A stretch of DNA of 64,000 bases from an uncultured Gemmatimonadales bacterium (GCA_963695555.1 CAVOGR010000007.1:256001-320000), one strand, 5' to 3'. Shown: positions 50,410-60,436, numbered from the stretch's first letter. Notes: a model not told the origin generated them from the sequence alone. Program-made: numbers and translations.

Positions 50410-52110
50410 ATGACGAAGCCCCGCTCGGATTCGACTGGAGACCTGCGGCTGGTCGCCCTGCTGATTACCGTCGGACTCTGCTGCATCACCGTCCCTGCCC
50501 TCGGTCAGCAGCCGGCCGCGCCTCCGCCACCGGTACTCCATCCGCCCGACGTGTCCGGCGGGCCGTTGCTTCCGGAACAAGCCAGCTACGATGTGACCTT
50601 CTACGACTTGGCACTCCGAATCGACCCGGCCGACAGCACGATTCGCGGGTCGGTGACGGTGTATGCCGACGTGGTCCAGCCGATGAACCACTTGGTGCTC
50701 GATCTCGACACGGTATTCACGGTGACCACGATCGCTCGGGTCGGCGATGGTGCCGGTTCCCTGCCCTTCGAGCGGCGCGGCGGCAGGCTTTGGATCACGG
50801 TCCCAACCCTTCAGCCCGGACAACAGGTCGGAGCCCGGGTCGAGTATCACGGGCGGCCCCGGACCGCGGGGCGCGGACGGTTCATCTGGTCCACGACCGA
50901 GGCGGGGCAACCGTGGCTGGGTGTCTCCTGCGAAATGTTCGGCGCGGATCTCTGGTGGCCGGTCAAGGACCATCCGTCCGACGAGCCCGATTCGCTGGCA
51001 CTCAACTTCACCGTGCCGAGGCCGCTGGTCGCCGCCAGCAATGGACGCCTGCGCGGGGTGACGGACAACGCCGACGATACCCGGACCTATCGGTGGTTTT
51101 CATCGATGCCGGTCAACAACTACGGCGTGAGCGTCAACGTGGCCCCATACGTGACCGTCACCCGCCAGTATGAGAGCGTCGCCGGCGACACGTTTCCGGT
51201 CACCTTCTGGGTGCTGCCCGAGCACGAGGCCCAGGCGCGGGCGGCACTCCCGGAATTTCTGGACCATCTTCGCTTCTTCGAGGAGCTGCTGGGTCCCTAC
51301 CCGTTCCGGAGCGACAAGTACGGCATCGCAGAGGTGCCGTACCTCGGCATGGAGCACCAAACCATCATCGCCTACGGCGCCAACTTCCGGAACGACGCCA
51401 TGGCGCGGATCGACTGGGGCTTCGACGCGCTCCATCAGCACGAGCTGGCGCATGAGTGGTTCGGCAACATGCTCACTCCGCCGGACTTCAACGACATTTG
51501 GTTGCACGAGGGCTTTGCCCAGTACATGCAGCCGCTCTACGCGGAGAGCCGGCTCGGCCAGGACAAGGCACGCGAGCTGATGCGGCTGATGGAAGCTCGG
51601 ATCCGGAACCAACCGGCCATCGCCGCGCGCCGGTCCGAGACCACGGCCGAGGCATACAACTCCGAGATTTATTACAAAGGCGCCTGGATCCTTCACTCGC
51701 TGCGCTTCGTGATGGGGGACAGCGCATTCAGAACTCTCTTGCACCAGTGGACCTATCCCGACCCGCCGGTCCCTGTGACCAACCAAGCCTGTCGCTGCCG
51801 CTTCCTGACCACCGACGACTTCATACGCCTCGCCAGCCGGATGGCGGGTCAGGACCTCGGGTGGTTTTTCGACGTGTACGTGCGCCAGCCGGCGTTGCCG
51901 ACGCTGGTCATGACCCGGGATGGTGAGCAGGTCGAGTTGCGATGGGACGTGCCAGACGACATGCCGTTCCCCATGCCGGTAGATGTGGCGGTCAACGGCG
52001 AGCGTCGGCGGATCGCAATGCCGGACGGGAGGACGCGCATCACTGTTCCCTCCGGCAGCGACATCGAGGTCGACCCGGAGGAGTGGATTCTCCGGGCGCG
52101 TCCCGAGTGA
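50410..52110 (+). CDS. M1 family metallo-aminopeptidase
   Basis: GMEHQT, HELAHEWFGN, WLHEGFA, YYKGAW. Confidence 0.95.
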   Translation: MTKPRSDSTGDLRLVALLITVGLCCITVPALGQQPAAPPPPVLHPPDVSGGPLLPEQASYDVTFYDLALRIDPADSTIRGSVTVYADVVQPMNHLVLDLDTVFTVTTIARVGDGAGSLPFERRGGRLWITVPTLQPGQQVGARVEYHGRPRTAGRGRFIWSTTEAGQPWLGVSCEMFGADLWWPVKDHPSDEPDSLALNFTVPRPLVAASNGRLRGVTDNADDTRTYRWFSSMPVNNYGVSVNVAPYVTVTRQYESVAGDTFPVTFWVLPEHEAQARAALPEFLDHLRFFEELLGPYPFRSDKYGIAEVPYLGMEHQTIIAYGANFRNDAMARIDWGFDALHQHELAHEWFGNMLTPPDFNDIWLHEGFAQYMQPLYAESRLGQDKARELMRLMEARIRNQPAIAARRSETTAEAYNSEIYYKGAWILHSLRFVMGDSAFRTLLHQWTYPDPPVPVTNQACRCRFLTTDDFIRLASRMAGQDLGWFFDVYVRQPALPTLVMTRDGEQVELRWDVPDDMPFPMPVDVAVNGERRRIAMPDGRTRITVPSGSDIEVDPEEWILRARPE

Positions 52111-52453
52111 TACGGCTCCGCTAGCGAGGGGACCTCGGTGCCCGTCTTCGTGGCACCGTTTCCGTCGCAGTTAGAGTACTGCGTGTGGGAGCGTTCCGGG
52201 CATTTCTCCCTGGCTCGCACGCCAGGGACGAGACGAGTTCTTCGCCGTACTGCGTGCTTGGCTGGCACGGCACGACCGTCGCGACTGCCCGACACCACCC
52301 TACCGCCGCACTCTGAATCGATCACCCGCCTCCCTTATAGACGGCTTCATCCTTTTTTCAGCCCGGGTCCGAGATGTTGGGTCCATCGCCCCTGGCGCGG
52401 AGCATCAGCCATGCAGCTCCCCGCCCCGGGTTCCCACTCCACGAGGAAGGATC

Positions 52454-53502
52454 ATGGCAGGCATCGTCGGCTACGGGGCGTACATCCCGCGCAACCGCAT
52501 CACGACCGAAGAGATCGCCCGGCAGTGGGGCAAGGACCCGGACGCGATCCAGACGGGGCTGCTGCTCGAGGAGAAGTCGGTCCCCGGCCTCGACGAGGAC
52601 ACCATCACCATCTCGGTGGCCGCGGGACGCGCGGCACTCGAGCGGGCCGGCATCGACCCGCAGCGGATCGGCGCGGTCTACATCGGCTCGGAGTCCCACC
52701 CCTACGCCGTCAAGCCCAGCGGCACGGTCGTGATCGACGCGCTGGGCATCGGCCCCGACGTGCACGTCGCCGACTTCGAGTTCGCCTGCAAGGCCGGCAC
52801 CGAGGCGATGTTCGTCGCGCTGGGCCTGGTCGAGTCGGGCCGCGTCGAGTACGCCATGGGCGATCGGCGCCGACACCTCGCAGGGCGCGCCCAACGACGC
52901 GCTCGAGTTCTCCGCCTCGGCGGGCGGCGCGGCGTACATCTTCGGCAAGGACGAACTCCTGGTCGAGGTGCTCGAGACCTACAGCTTCACCACCGACACG
53001 CCGGACTTCTGGCGGCGCGAGGGCGAGTTCTACCCGCGCCACGGCGGCCGCTTCACCGGCGAGCCGGCCTACTTCAAGCACGTCCTGGCCGCGACGCGCG
53101 GGATCCTGGAGAAGACCGGGATGCAAGCCGGCGGACTTCCGCTACGCCGTCTTCCACATGCCCAACGGCAAGTTCCCGCTGCCGGCGGGCAAGACGCTGG
53201 GCTTCACGAGGAGCAGATCGAGACGGGCTGGGTCGTGCCCACGATGGGCAACACCTACTCCGGCTCGTCGCCGACCGGCCTCGCGGCCGTTCTGGACGTG
53301 GCCGATCCCGACGACCTGATCCTGATCACGTCGTTCGGCTCGGGCGCCGGGCAGCGACTCGTTCGTGCTCAAGGCGACCGACCTGCTGCCCGAGCGGCGC
53401 GACCTCGCGCCGACCGTGCGATCGATGCTCGACGGTCCGCGGCGCTACCTGACCTACGGCGAGTACGCCAAGTACCGCGAGAAGATCATCGTCATGAACT
53501 GA
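52454..53502 (+). CDS. Archaeal-type HMG-CoA synthase, several frameshifts
   Basis: [48 protein letters not shown] and GNTYSG distributed over shifting frames. Confidence 0.85.
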
Positions 53503-53526
53503 CGGCGTGCAGAGGGAGCGACGACC

Positions 53527-54689
53527 ATGCGCGAGGTGGCAATCGTCGCAGCCGGCATGACCCGCTTCGGCGAGCTCTGGCAGTCGAGCCTGCGCGACCT
53601 GTTCGTCGAGGCGGCCCTGGAGGCGCTTGACGCAGCGCGGGGGCCGACCACCTCGACGCGATCTACGTCGGCAACATGTCGGGCGGGCAGTTCGTGGGCC
53701 AGGAGCACCTCGGCCCGCTGATGGCCGACCACCTCGGCATGGCCGGCGTGCCCGCGACCCGGGTCGAGTCGGCCTGCGCGTCGGGCGGCGTCGCACTGCG
53801 GGCCGGCGTTCTTCGAGGTGGCCTCGGGCATGAGCGACCTGGTGCTGGCCGCCGGCGTCGAGAAGATGACCGACGGCGCCGACGTGACCGACGTGCTGGC
53901 CACCGCGGCCGACCAGGAGACCGAGGTCTACCACGGGATCACCTTCCCGGGGCTGTACGCGATGATCGCGCGGGCCCACATGGACGCCCAGTCGGGACCA
54001 CCGAGGAGGATCTGGCCTGGGTGTCGGTCAAGAACCACCGCCACGGCGCGCTGAACCCCAAGGCGCAGTTCCGGCGCGAGGTCACGCTGGAGCAGGTGCA
54101 TGAATTCGACGCATGGTCGCCGAGCCGCTGCGACTGCTGCACTGCTCGCCCGGTCAGCGACGGCGCCGCGGCGGTGCTGCTCTGCCCGCTCGACCAGGCG
54201 CAAGAAGTACACCGACCGCCGGTCAAGATCCTCGGCAGCGGGCTGGCCACGGCGCCGATGGCGCTGGCCGATCGCGAGAGGATCCCGCCTTCCTCGACGC
54301 CGTGGCCAGCTGTCGGCCGAGCGCGCCTACGAGATGGCCGGCGTCGGCCCGGACGACATCCAGCGTCGCCGAGGTGCACGACTGCTTCTCCATCGCCGAG
54401 ATCTGCTGCATCGAGGCGCTCGGCCTCGTCGAGCCGCGGCGAGGGCGGCCAGGCGGCCCGCGGCGGGCTGACCGCGCTCGGCGGACGCATCCCGGTCAAC
54501 ACCAGCGGCGGCCTGAAGTCCAAGGGGCACCCGGTGGGCGCCACCGGGATCGCCCAGGCGATCGAGATCTTCGAGCAGCTGCGCGGCGAGGCCGGCGAGC
54601 GGCAGGTGAAGGGCGCGCGACTCGGCCTGACCCAGAACATGGGCGGATCCGGGGCGAGCTCCGTCGTCCACATCTTCCAGGGGGTCTGA
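53527..54689 (+). CDS. Archaeal/SCP2-type acetyl-CoA acetyltransferase (thiolase), many frameshifts
   Basis: [18 protein letters not shown]...[34 protein letters not shown]. Confidence 0.85.
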
Positions 54690-54691
54690 TC

Positions 54692-55085
54692 ATGCCGAGC
54701 CCGAGATACTGGAGAGAGATCCCGAGCCGGTTCCGCCTCGAGGCGGCCCGCTGCAGCGGGTGCGGCAAGGTGATCTACCCCGCCCGGCGCGTCTGTCCCG
54801 AGTGCCGCGGGACGGACATCGGAGCCGATGACGCTGTCGCGGAAGGCGAAGGTCGTCACCTCGACCGTGGTCCACGTGCCGCCCGACGACCTTCTCATGG
54901 AAGCGCCGTACGCGATGGCGGTCGTCGAGACGCCCGAGGGCGCCCGGCTGATGGCCCAGGTGGTGGACTGCGACCCGGAGACCGTGCTGCCGGGCATGGA
55001 GGTGTCGCTCGAGTTCCGCCTGATCCGCAAGGAAGGCCACGGCGGCATCCTCTGCTACGGCCACAAGGGAGTTCCCATCGCGTAA
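54692..55085 (+). CDS. DUF35 family Zn-ribbon/OB-fold protein, one frameshift near 54822
   Basis: RYWREIPSRFRL, CSGC...YPARRVCPEC, FRLI...ILCYGHK. Confidence 0.88.
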
Positions 55086-55112
55086 GCGTCAGGGCTCCCG
55101 CTGGGAGGAGTC

Positions 55113-55283
55113 ATGCCGAAGGTGACAATCGAGGCCGAGGTGAGCGAGGCGTGCTACCACAGCTACGAGGTGGAAGCGAAGCGCCAGGGTGTGCCGATCG
55201 AGGCGTTGGTGGAGCGCACTGTAAACGTGCTGCTCAAAGAGAAAGAGTGCGAGGAGGATAGCGACCCCATCTATTTGCCGTGA
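55113..55283 (+). CDS. Small 56-aa protein, ribbon-helix-helix-like pattern
   Basis: Below the ORF-track size cutoff; GGAGG RBS; MPKVTIEAEVSEACYHSYEVEAKRQGVPIEALVERTVNVLL. Confidence 0.6.
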   Translation: MPKVTIEAEVSEACYHSYEVEAKRQGVPIEALVERTVNVLLKEKECEEDSDPIYLP

Positions 55284-55303
55284 GTCCGAAGTGCCGGTCT
55301 GTG

Positions 55304-55530
55304 GGCTAATGGCTATTGGCTACCGCACAGCTCCCCGCACCCCGCTAACAGCTATCAGCTAACTGCTATCGGCCAGCGACCGCCAGGATGACCATTTGCA
55401 GAGACCGATAGCCGATAGCGGAGTATCTTGGACTGGTCTCTCCCTCGCATCCCAGCCGTTTGCCATTAGCCATCTTCCCTGACCCGACTCCCTACCGCCT
55501 ACTTCCCGACCTCCCGACCTCCCGACTCCC
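55304..55530. repeat. Degenerate heptamer/octamer tandem tracts
   Basis: GGCTAAT GGCTATT GGCTA; GCTAACA GCTATCA GCTAACT GCTATC; CCGATAG x2; CCCGACCT x2. Confidence 0.7.
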
Positions 55531-56857
55531 TCCTCCGACACCACACCAGCGCAAACGGCAACCCCGTGGCGATGAACGCCAGATCCACCAGCGAAAGCAC
55601 CGGCTCGGAGATCAGGCGGAACAGGATGAGTGCCACGATTCCCGTCAGGTAAAGCAGCGGCACGACGGGATACCCGGGAACTTTGAACACGTCGGGACCC
55701 CCGACGCCTTCGCGTCTGAAGCGGAACAGCGCGAGCGTGGTGAAGGCGTAGAAGATGAGGATGGCGAACGTCATGCCCGCCACGATGGTCTCGAAGTTCT
55801 GCCGTACCAGGAGGATCACAGCCGCCCAGACGCAGTGCACCACGATGGCCCGTGACGGAGTGCGAAACCTGGGGTGCACGTAGTCAAGCCACTTGAAGAA
55901 CAGGCCGTCCCGCGCCATGGCGTAGTACACCCGCGGCGCCGCGGTGACCGTGCCGTTGATGCTGCCCGTGGTCGAGACGATCACCAGCACCGCCACGAGC
56001 CCGGCGCCGATCGGCCCGAGAACTCGAATCATGGCGTCCGAGGCGACGATGGTGCTGGCCCTGACACCCTCCATGCCCAGCACGTGATGGTACATCACGT
56101 TGGTCAGGAGGTAGAGAACCGCCACCGTCGCCATACTGACAACCAGGCTCGGGGGAAGCACCCGGCGCGGGTTCTTCATTTCGCCGGCCACATAGCCCAA
56201 CCGGTCCCAGCCGAGGTAGGAGAACACGATCAACAGGAACGCGGCACTGGCGTTGCCCAGCGGCCCCAAGGTCGCCGTCGCCGGCGCGGTGGTGGCCAGC
56301 AGGCTCGGCTCGCCGCGGCTCGCGGCGAGCCCGACGACCGCCAGGAGCAGGAGCCCGCACGCCTTGATGACCGATGAGGGCCGCTGGTAGAAGGCGGCCC
56401 ACTGGATGCCGATGTAGTTGAGCGTGCCCAGGGTGGCGATGGTGCCCAGCGCCACGAACGTCTTCCCCGTATCGGTCAGCGGCACGAAGAAGCCCAGGTA
56501 GTTGGCGGTGATGATGGCGAGACCGGCGCCCGGGCTGGTGCGGATGATGAACAGCTGGGCCCACCCGAAGATGAACCCCATGTAGGGCCCGAAGCAGCGG
56601 CTCAGGTAGACGTACTCGCCCCCGGTTTCCGGCAGCCGCGTGCCCAGTTCGGCGTAGATCAGGCCGCCGACGAGGGCGAGGAGGCCGCCCAGGATCCAGT
56701 AGAACGCGATCCAGGCGAAGGAGGAGTGGTAGCCGGCAATGATCTGCGGGGTGGAGAAGATGCCAGCGCCGATGGTGATGCCGACGACGATGCTCACGCC
56801 GTCGAACACACCGAGCGCTTTCCGGAGCGTTGGGGCGGAAGTGGCCGGTGCCGTCAG
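55499..56857 (-). CDS. APC family amino acid permease (start possibly CTG at 56857)
   Basis: IGAGIF, YAELG..LPETGGEY, GEMKNP, HPRFRTP; the frame extends upstream through LRKALG. Confidence 0.9.
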   Translation of the reverse strand: MTAPATSAPTLRKALGVFDGVSIVVGITIGAGIFSTPQIIAGYHSSFAWIAFYWILGGLLALVGGLIYAELGTRLPETGGEYVYLSRCFGPYMGFIFGWAQLFIIRTSPGAGLAIITANYLGFFVPLTDTGKTFVALGTIATLGTLNYIGIQWAAFYQRPSSVIKACGLLLLAVVGLAASRGEPSLLATTAPATATLGPLGNASAAFLLIVFSYLGWDRLGYVAGEMKNPRRVLPPSLVVSMATVAVLYLLTNVMYHHVLGMEGVRASTIVASDAMIRVLGPIGAGLVAVLVIVSTTGSINGTVTAAPRVYYAMARDGLFFKWLDYVHPRFRTPSRAIVVHCVWAAVILLVRQNFETIVAGMTFAILIFYAFTTLALFRFRREGVGGPDVFKVPGYPVVPLLYLTGIVALILFRLISEPVLSLVDLAFIATGLPFALVWCRRRESGGREVGK

Positions 56858-56900
56858 AGTGTCACCAAAGACGGGTCGGTTGAGTCATCGTTGCCTTTAC

Positions 56901-57929
56901 TCAAGTCACCTCGACAGTTCCGCCACAGGTTGACCCCGGAGCCAGAGCACTGATCTCACGGGTAAGGATTCGAAGATGTCGCCCCTCCCGGTTCGAACGC
57001 CAGGTCGACGCGCACCTGGAGGCTAGCGTGGATCCCGCGAAGAGGAGGATGGTCGCCACCTTGCCGAGCCCAGCGACGACCAACATCAGCGCGGCGACCT
57101 GCTCCACGGGAACCGCCATCCCAGCCGCCAAGGTAATACCAATGGAAGCGAACAGGAGGTCCCGGTTGGTCACGAGGGGAAGGCGCGAGATTACGAGCGA
57201 AAGCGCCGCGTAGGAGCACCACACACGGAGCGGCACCTCCGGAATGGCCACCGCCCACATGGCGATCTGCACCGCCTGCTCGAGTGCGAACCGCGCGGCA
57301 TGAACCCCAAAAATCACCAGCGCCGTACCCGGCGCCATCGCAAAGATATGCCGGCGGAACCGGATGCCGACGGCGACGAGCCCAAGCGTCACGACCGTGC
57401 CAGCAATCAGAAGGGGCATGCCCCGCGGGCCGATCCAAGCGGTAAGACTCGTCCTGCTGAGGGAGAGGAACGCAACGACTAGGACGAGGGCGACCAGGGT
57501 AGAGGCTGCCGAGGAGACGATGTTCTGATCGCGGATGTCCCTGGCGATATCGAGGCTCGGACGATCGACCTGGCGGCGTGCCCATGTGAAGAAGAAGACC
57601 TCGCCCGAGTACTGGAAGATCTCACGATTGTAGATGCGCTTCTTGATGAAAATTGGGAGACTCTTCCAGGCATGCAACGGCCAGATGACCCGGTACGCAA
57701 CCATCTCGCTCAGCGGCAGCCACACATAGAACATTGCAAACAGCAGGTAGAACAGCGGATTGACCGGTAACTCCGTTCGGAGCGTCGACCAGGCGACTCC
57801 CTTCAGTGAATAGGCCAACAGGCCGAGGATCCCAAGCGCGAGGAGCGCCTGCGTGGTTCTTAGCACCAGGCGGCTGTGCCGCCATGCGGCGAACGCTGTC
57901 CAGTGCCTACGAAGGGTGTTGCGCAACAT
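56901..57929 (-). CDS. Polytopic membrane protein (flippase/LPG-synthase-TM-like, tentative)
   Basis: About 8 hydrophobic segments; overlaps the NTP transferase gene, implying an operon. Confidence 0.6.
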   Translation of the reverse strand: MLRNTLRRHWTAFAAWRHSRLVLRTTQALLALGILGLLAYSLKGVAWSTLRTELPVNPLFYLLFAMFYVWLPLSEMVAYRVIWPLHAWKSLPIFIKKRIYNREIFQYSGEVFFFTWARRQVDRPSLDIARDIRDQNIVSSAASTLVALVLVVAFLSLSRTSLTAWIGPRGMPLLIAGTVVTLGLVAVGIRFRRHIFAMAPGTALVIFGVHAARFALEQAVQIAMWAVAIPEVPLRVWCSYAALSLVISRLPLVTNRDLLFASIGITLAAGMAVPVEQVAALMLVVAGLGKVATILLFAGSTLASRCASTWRSNREGRHLRILTREISALAPGSTCGGTVEVT

Positions 57930-58797
57930 GACGCAGCCGTGCGGGAGCGAATGGCGAGGCAGAACGCGGAACCTCGAGCGAGAGAATCTCCCGCACCAGG
58001 ATCAGGTCGCTCAAGCGGTCCACGTCCACGGCGGCTTCGGCGAAGGGCAGCGGAATGGCCTGGACCCGGGCGCCGATCACCCGGGAAGCGCGTCGCATGG
58101 CGGAGTCCAGATCCAACAAGCGGAGTATGAAGAGGAGCAAGGCAAACGGGCCGAAGGCTCGGGCCAGCCGCCATGGCTTCTTCCGCAATTCCTCGACTCG
58201 GGTCCAGAATTCCGCCCCGCGCTTCGCCTCGGGAGTACGGAATACGAAGAGATTCGCTCCCGAGTACCTCTCCCCACGGAAGGGAATGTAGGTCCGCTTC
58301 GATTCGGGGAAGCGAGCGCGGACCCGCGATGCCGCAACCAGCCCGAACGCAAGGTCGGGCTCGCCTTGTTCCGCTCCCGCCAGGAAGCACTCGACCATCT
58401 CCGGCGTTAACAGCGCGTGGTCCGCGGTCGTGACCAGGAGCGGGGTGTCGGCGGGCATCGCGTTCAGGACCTGTAACACTCTCCGACTTGCCGACTGCTC
58501 ACCGTGGATGAGCTCGATGCTGCCGTCTGTTTCGAGACGTGCCAGATTGGGGAACCGGCGTAGCACGTCGGGAGCATCGGTGCTGACCAAAATTCGCTCG
58601 ATGCTCGACACGGTCCCCAGGGTGTCAGCGACGCGTTCGAGCATCGGTGCGCCGTGCACGTCGAGCAGCGCGCGATGAGGGGCGCCGGCTTCCTCGGCCA
58701 GCACATCGACGCCGTGGCGGCGGCCGGCCAGGATGAGGGCGGTGTAGCGGGGCTTGGGCTCGACAGGTTCGAGCGGGCTGTGCTGTTGCATGGTCAC
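57907..58797 (-). CDS. MobA-like NTP transferase family protein
   Basis: ALILAG, LVTTADHALL, YSGANLF, DVDRLSD. Confidence 0.85.
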   Translation of the reverse strand: MTMQQHSPLEPVEPKPRYTALILAGRRHGVDVLAEEAGAPHRALLDVHGAPMLERVADTLGTVSSIERILVSTDAPDVLRRFPNLARLETDGSIELIHGEQSASRRVLQVLNAMPADTPLLVTTADHALLTPEMVECFLAGAEQGEPDLAFGLVAASRVRARFPESKRTYIPFRGERYSGANLFVFRTPEAKRGAEFWTRVEELRKKPWRLARAFGPFALLLFILRLLDLDSAMRRASRVIGARVQAIPLPFAEAAVDVDRLSDLILVREILSLEVPRSASPFAPARLRHVAQHPS

Positions 58798-58879
58798 CTC
58801 CAGGCTACGTGCTGACTGATAGCTACGTGCCCGGCGTGACCTGGCCGTGACCCCATGCCACTACTCTGGAGCAGAAAGA

Positions 58880-58908
58880 GCCCCGAGCACCTCTATAGTG
58901 CTCGGGGC
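58880..58908 (-). terminator. Hairpin terminator after the protease/pro-domain pair
   Basis: GCCCCGAGCAC/GTGCTCGGGGC, followed on the minus strand by TCTTTCT. Confidence 0.75.
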
Positions 58909-58947
58909 CTCGTGGGACACCTCAATCGAGGGAAGATACCGTCAGTC

Positions 58948-59313
58948 TTACGGCTCGTGCGGGCGAAGCTCGCCCGTCACTTCCACCTCGACAGGAAAGC
59001 CGCGGAAGGCTTCGGGTATGTGAGAACGAAGCTCTGCGTCGTCGCGAGCGAGGTAGACCTTGATGCACGGGGTCTCCCCGCAGAGGCCGATGCCCGTCCC
59101 CACCACACCCGGCAGGGACATGACGCGTTCGGTCAGGGCTTCTTGTGCGGCGACGATCGTGGTGTCGACCATGGCACTCTCCTCTTCGAGGCCTGGTATC
59201 GTGCCTCGGCCCCCTCCCCCTCCGCCGGCACAGGCGGCGGCAACGCCAAGCGACGCCACCATGCAGCCCATGGCGACCACCCACCTGGAGCGAATCATCC
59301 TGGCTCTCCGCAT
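58948..59313 (-). CDS. Small lipoprotein that is a stand-alone copy of the upstream protease N-terminal domain
   Basis: AAAC lipobox; MSLPGVVGTGIG and PVEVEVTGEL match MGLPGVVGTAVG and PVEVMVTGEL in 59321-60436. Confidence 0.85.
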   Translation of the reverse strand: MRRARMIRSRWVVAMGCMVASLGVAAACAGGGGGGRGTIPGLEEESAMVDTTIVAAQEALTERVMSLPGVVGTGIGLCGETPCIKVYLARDDAELRSHIPEAFRGFPVEVEVTGELRPHEP

Positions 59314-59320
59314 CGTTCAC

Positions 59321-60436
59321 TCAGTTCCCGTCGATCGTCACTCCGAACCGGGTCAGCACCGGGTCGATCGGGTTGGCGATCGTTACCGACGAAGATCCGG
59401 CGTAGAGCAGGCCGACCGGCTTCCGGTCGTCGTTCTTGGCCCTGCCCTTGCCGTCGACCACGATCAACGAGCCCGAGTCCCCGCCGGCGCTAATGTTGGT
59501 GATGACGATCTGACCGGTGAAGCAGGCCACGCCCCTGTCGTAGCCGACGTTCACCGTCGCATTGACTGCGGTGATGTTTCCTTTGGTGAATCCCGTGGTC
59601 CGTCCGACCTTCATGACCTTCATGTTGACGGCCGGCGCGATCGTGGTGGACCTCGGCGTGCCGTAGCCGACCCCGGCGGGAGTCGAGTTCCCGACGAGGG
59701 CCGTGGTCGTTGCCGCAATGGCAGCGTCGATCACGTTTACGCAGGCCCCACTGAATACGATCGGTTCGTAGTCGGCCAGAGTGCCGATGTTGTCCGCCGG
59801 GCTCGAGCCGCCGTCGAAGGTGCCAGGCTGAATCAGGGCGTCTCCGACACTGGCTCGATTCTCATCGGCGTACACGTGGTTGTTGCTCAGGGCCCAGACG
59901 CTCGAGCCGTTGGTGACCCGCGCGCCGAGCGTGCCGGCCGTGATGGCTGGGTGGCCGGTCGAGACGCCAATGGGCACGGGACGGGGGTGCCGCTCGTCGA
60001 GGCCAGGTGGGGTGGGACCGGGGGGCGGACAGGGTGGGAGGTTCGGCTTGCCACAGGTCGGCTTGGCCTGTGGCGTCACCCGCTGCTGAAGCGCGACGAG
60101 TTCGCCGGTCACCATCACCTCGACCGGGACGCCGTCCAGTACCGTGGGCACGTTGGACAGGGCTTCCTTGGCGAGGATCTTGACCACGGGGCGGCCATTG
60201 GCGTTGAGGCCCACGGCGGTGCCGACCACACCGGGAAGCCCCATGAGGGCCTTGGTATGCCGCATCTGGACCGTGACGACCTGCTGACCTTGCGGGCTGG
60301 CGACGGAGAACTCGGGAACCGCGGGCTCCTGATCGGGCGCGGTGAACTCGCTCCGGCGGTCGGTGCAGGCGGACCAGAAGAGTCCGGCGACCAGCACCAG
60401 GCCGATCGACCACTTCATCCGATGGGTTGGCCTCAT
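59321..60436 (-). CDS. Trypsin-like (PA clan, Nal1-like) serine protease lipoprotein with N-terminal pro-domain
   Basis: WSAC lipobox; triad LSNNHV, IDAA, GDSGS; KVGRTTG.T.G. Confidence 0.9.
   Translation of the reverse strand: MRPTHRMKWSIGLVLVAGLFWSACTDRRSEFTAPDQEPAVPEFSVASPQGQQVVTVQMRHTKALMGLPGVVGTAVGLNANGRPVVKILAKEALSNVPTVLDGVPVEVMVTGELVALQQRVTPQAKPTCGKPNLPPCPPPGPTPPGLDERHPRPVPIGVSTGHPAITAGTLGARVTNGSSVWALSNNHVYADENRASVGDALIQPGTFDGGSSPADNIGTLADYEPIVFSGACVNVIDAAIAATTTALVGNSTPAGVGYGTPRSTTIAPAVNMKVMKVGRTTGFTKGNITAVNATVNVGYDRGVACFTGQIVITNISAGGDSGSLIVVDGKGRAKNDDRKPVGLLYAGSSSVTIANPIDPVLTRFGVTIDGN

Noticed and set aside
52454..55085. phlABC/2,4-DAPG biosynthesis cluster
   Set aside because: No phlD type III PKS nearby, and the HMG-CoA synthase catalytic motifs are retained.
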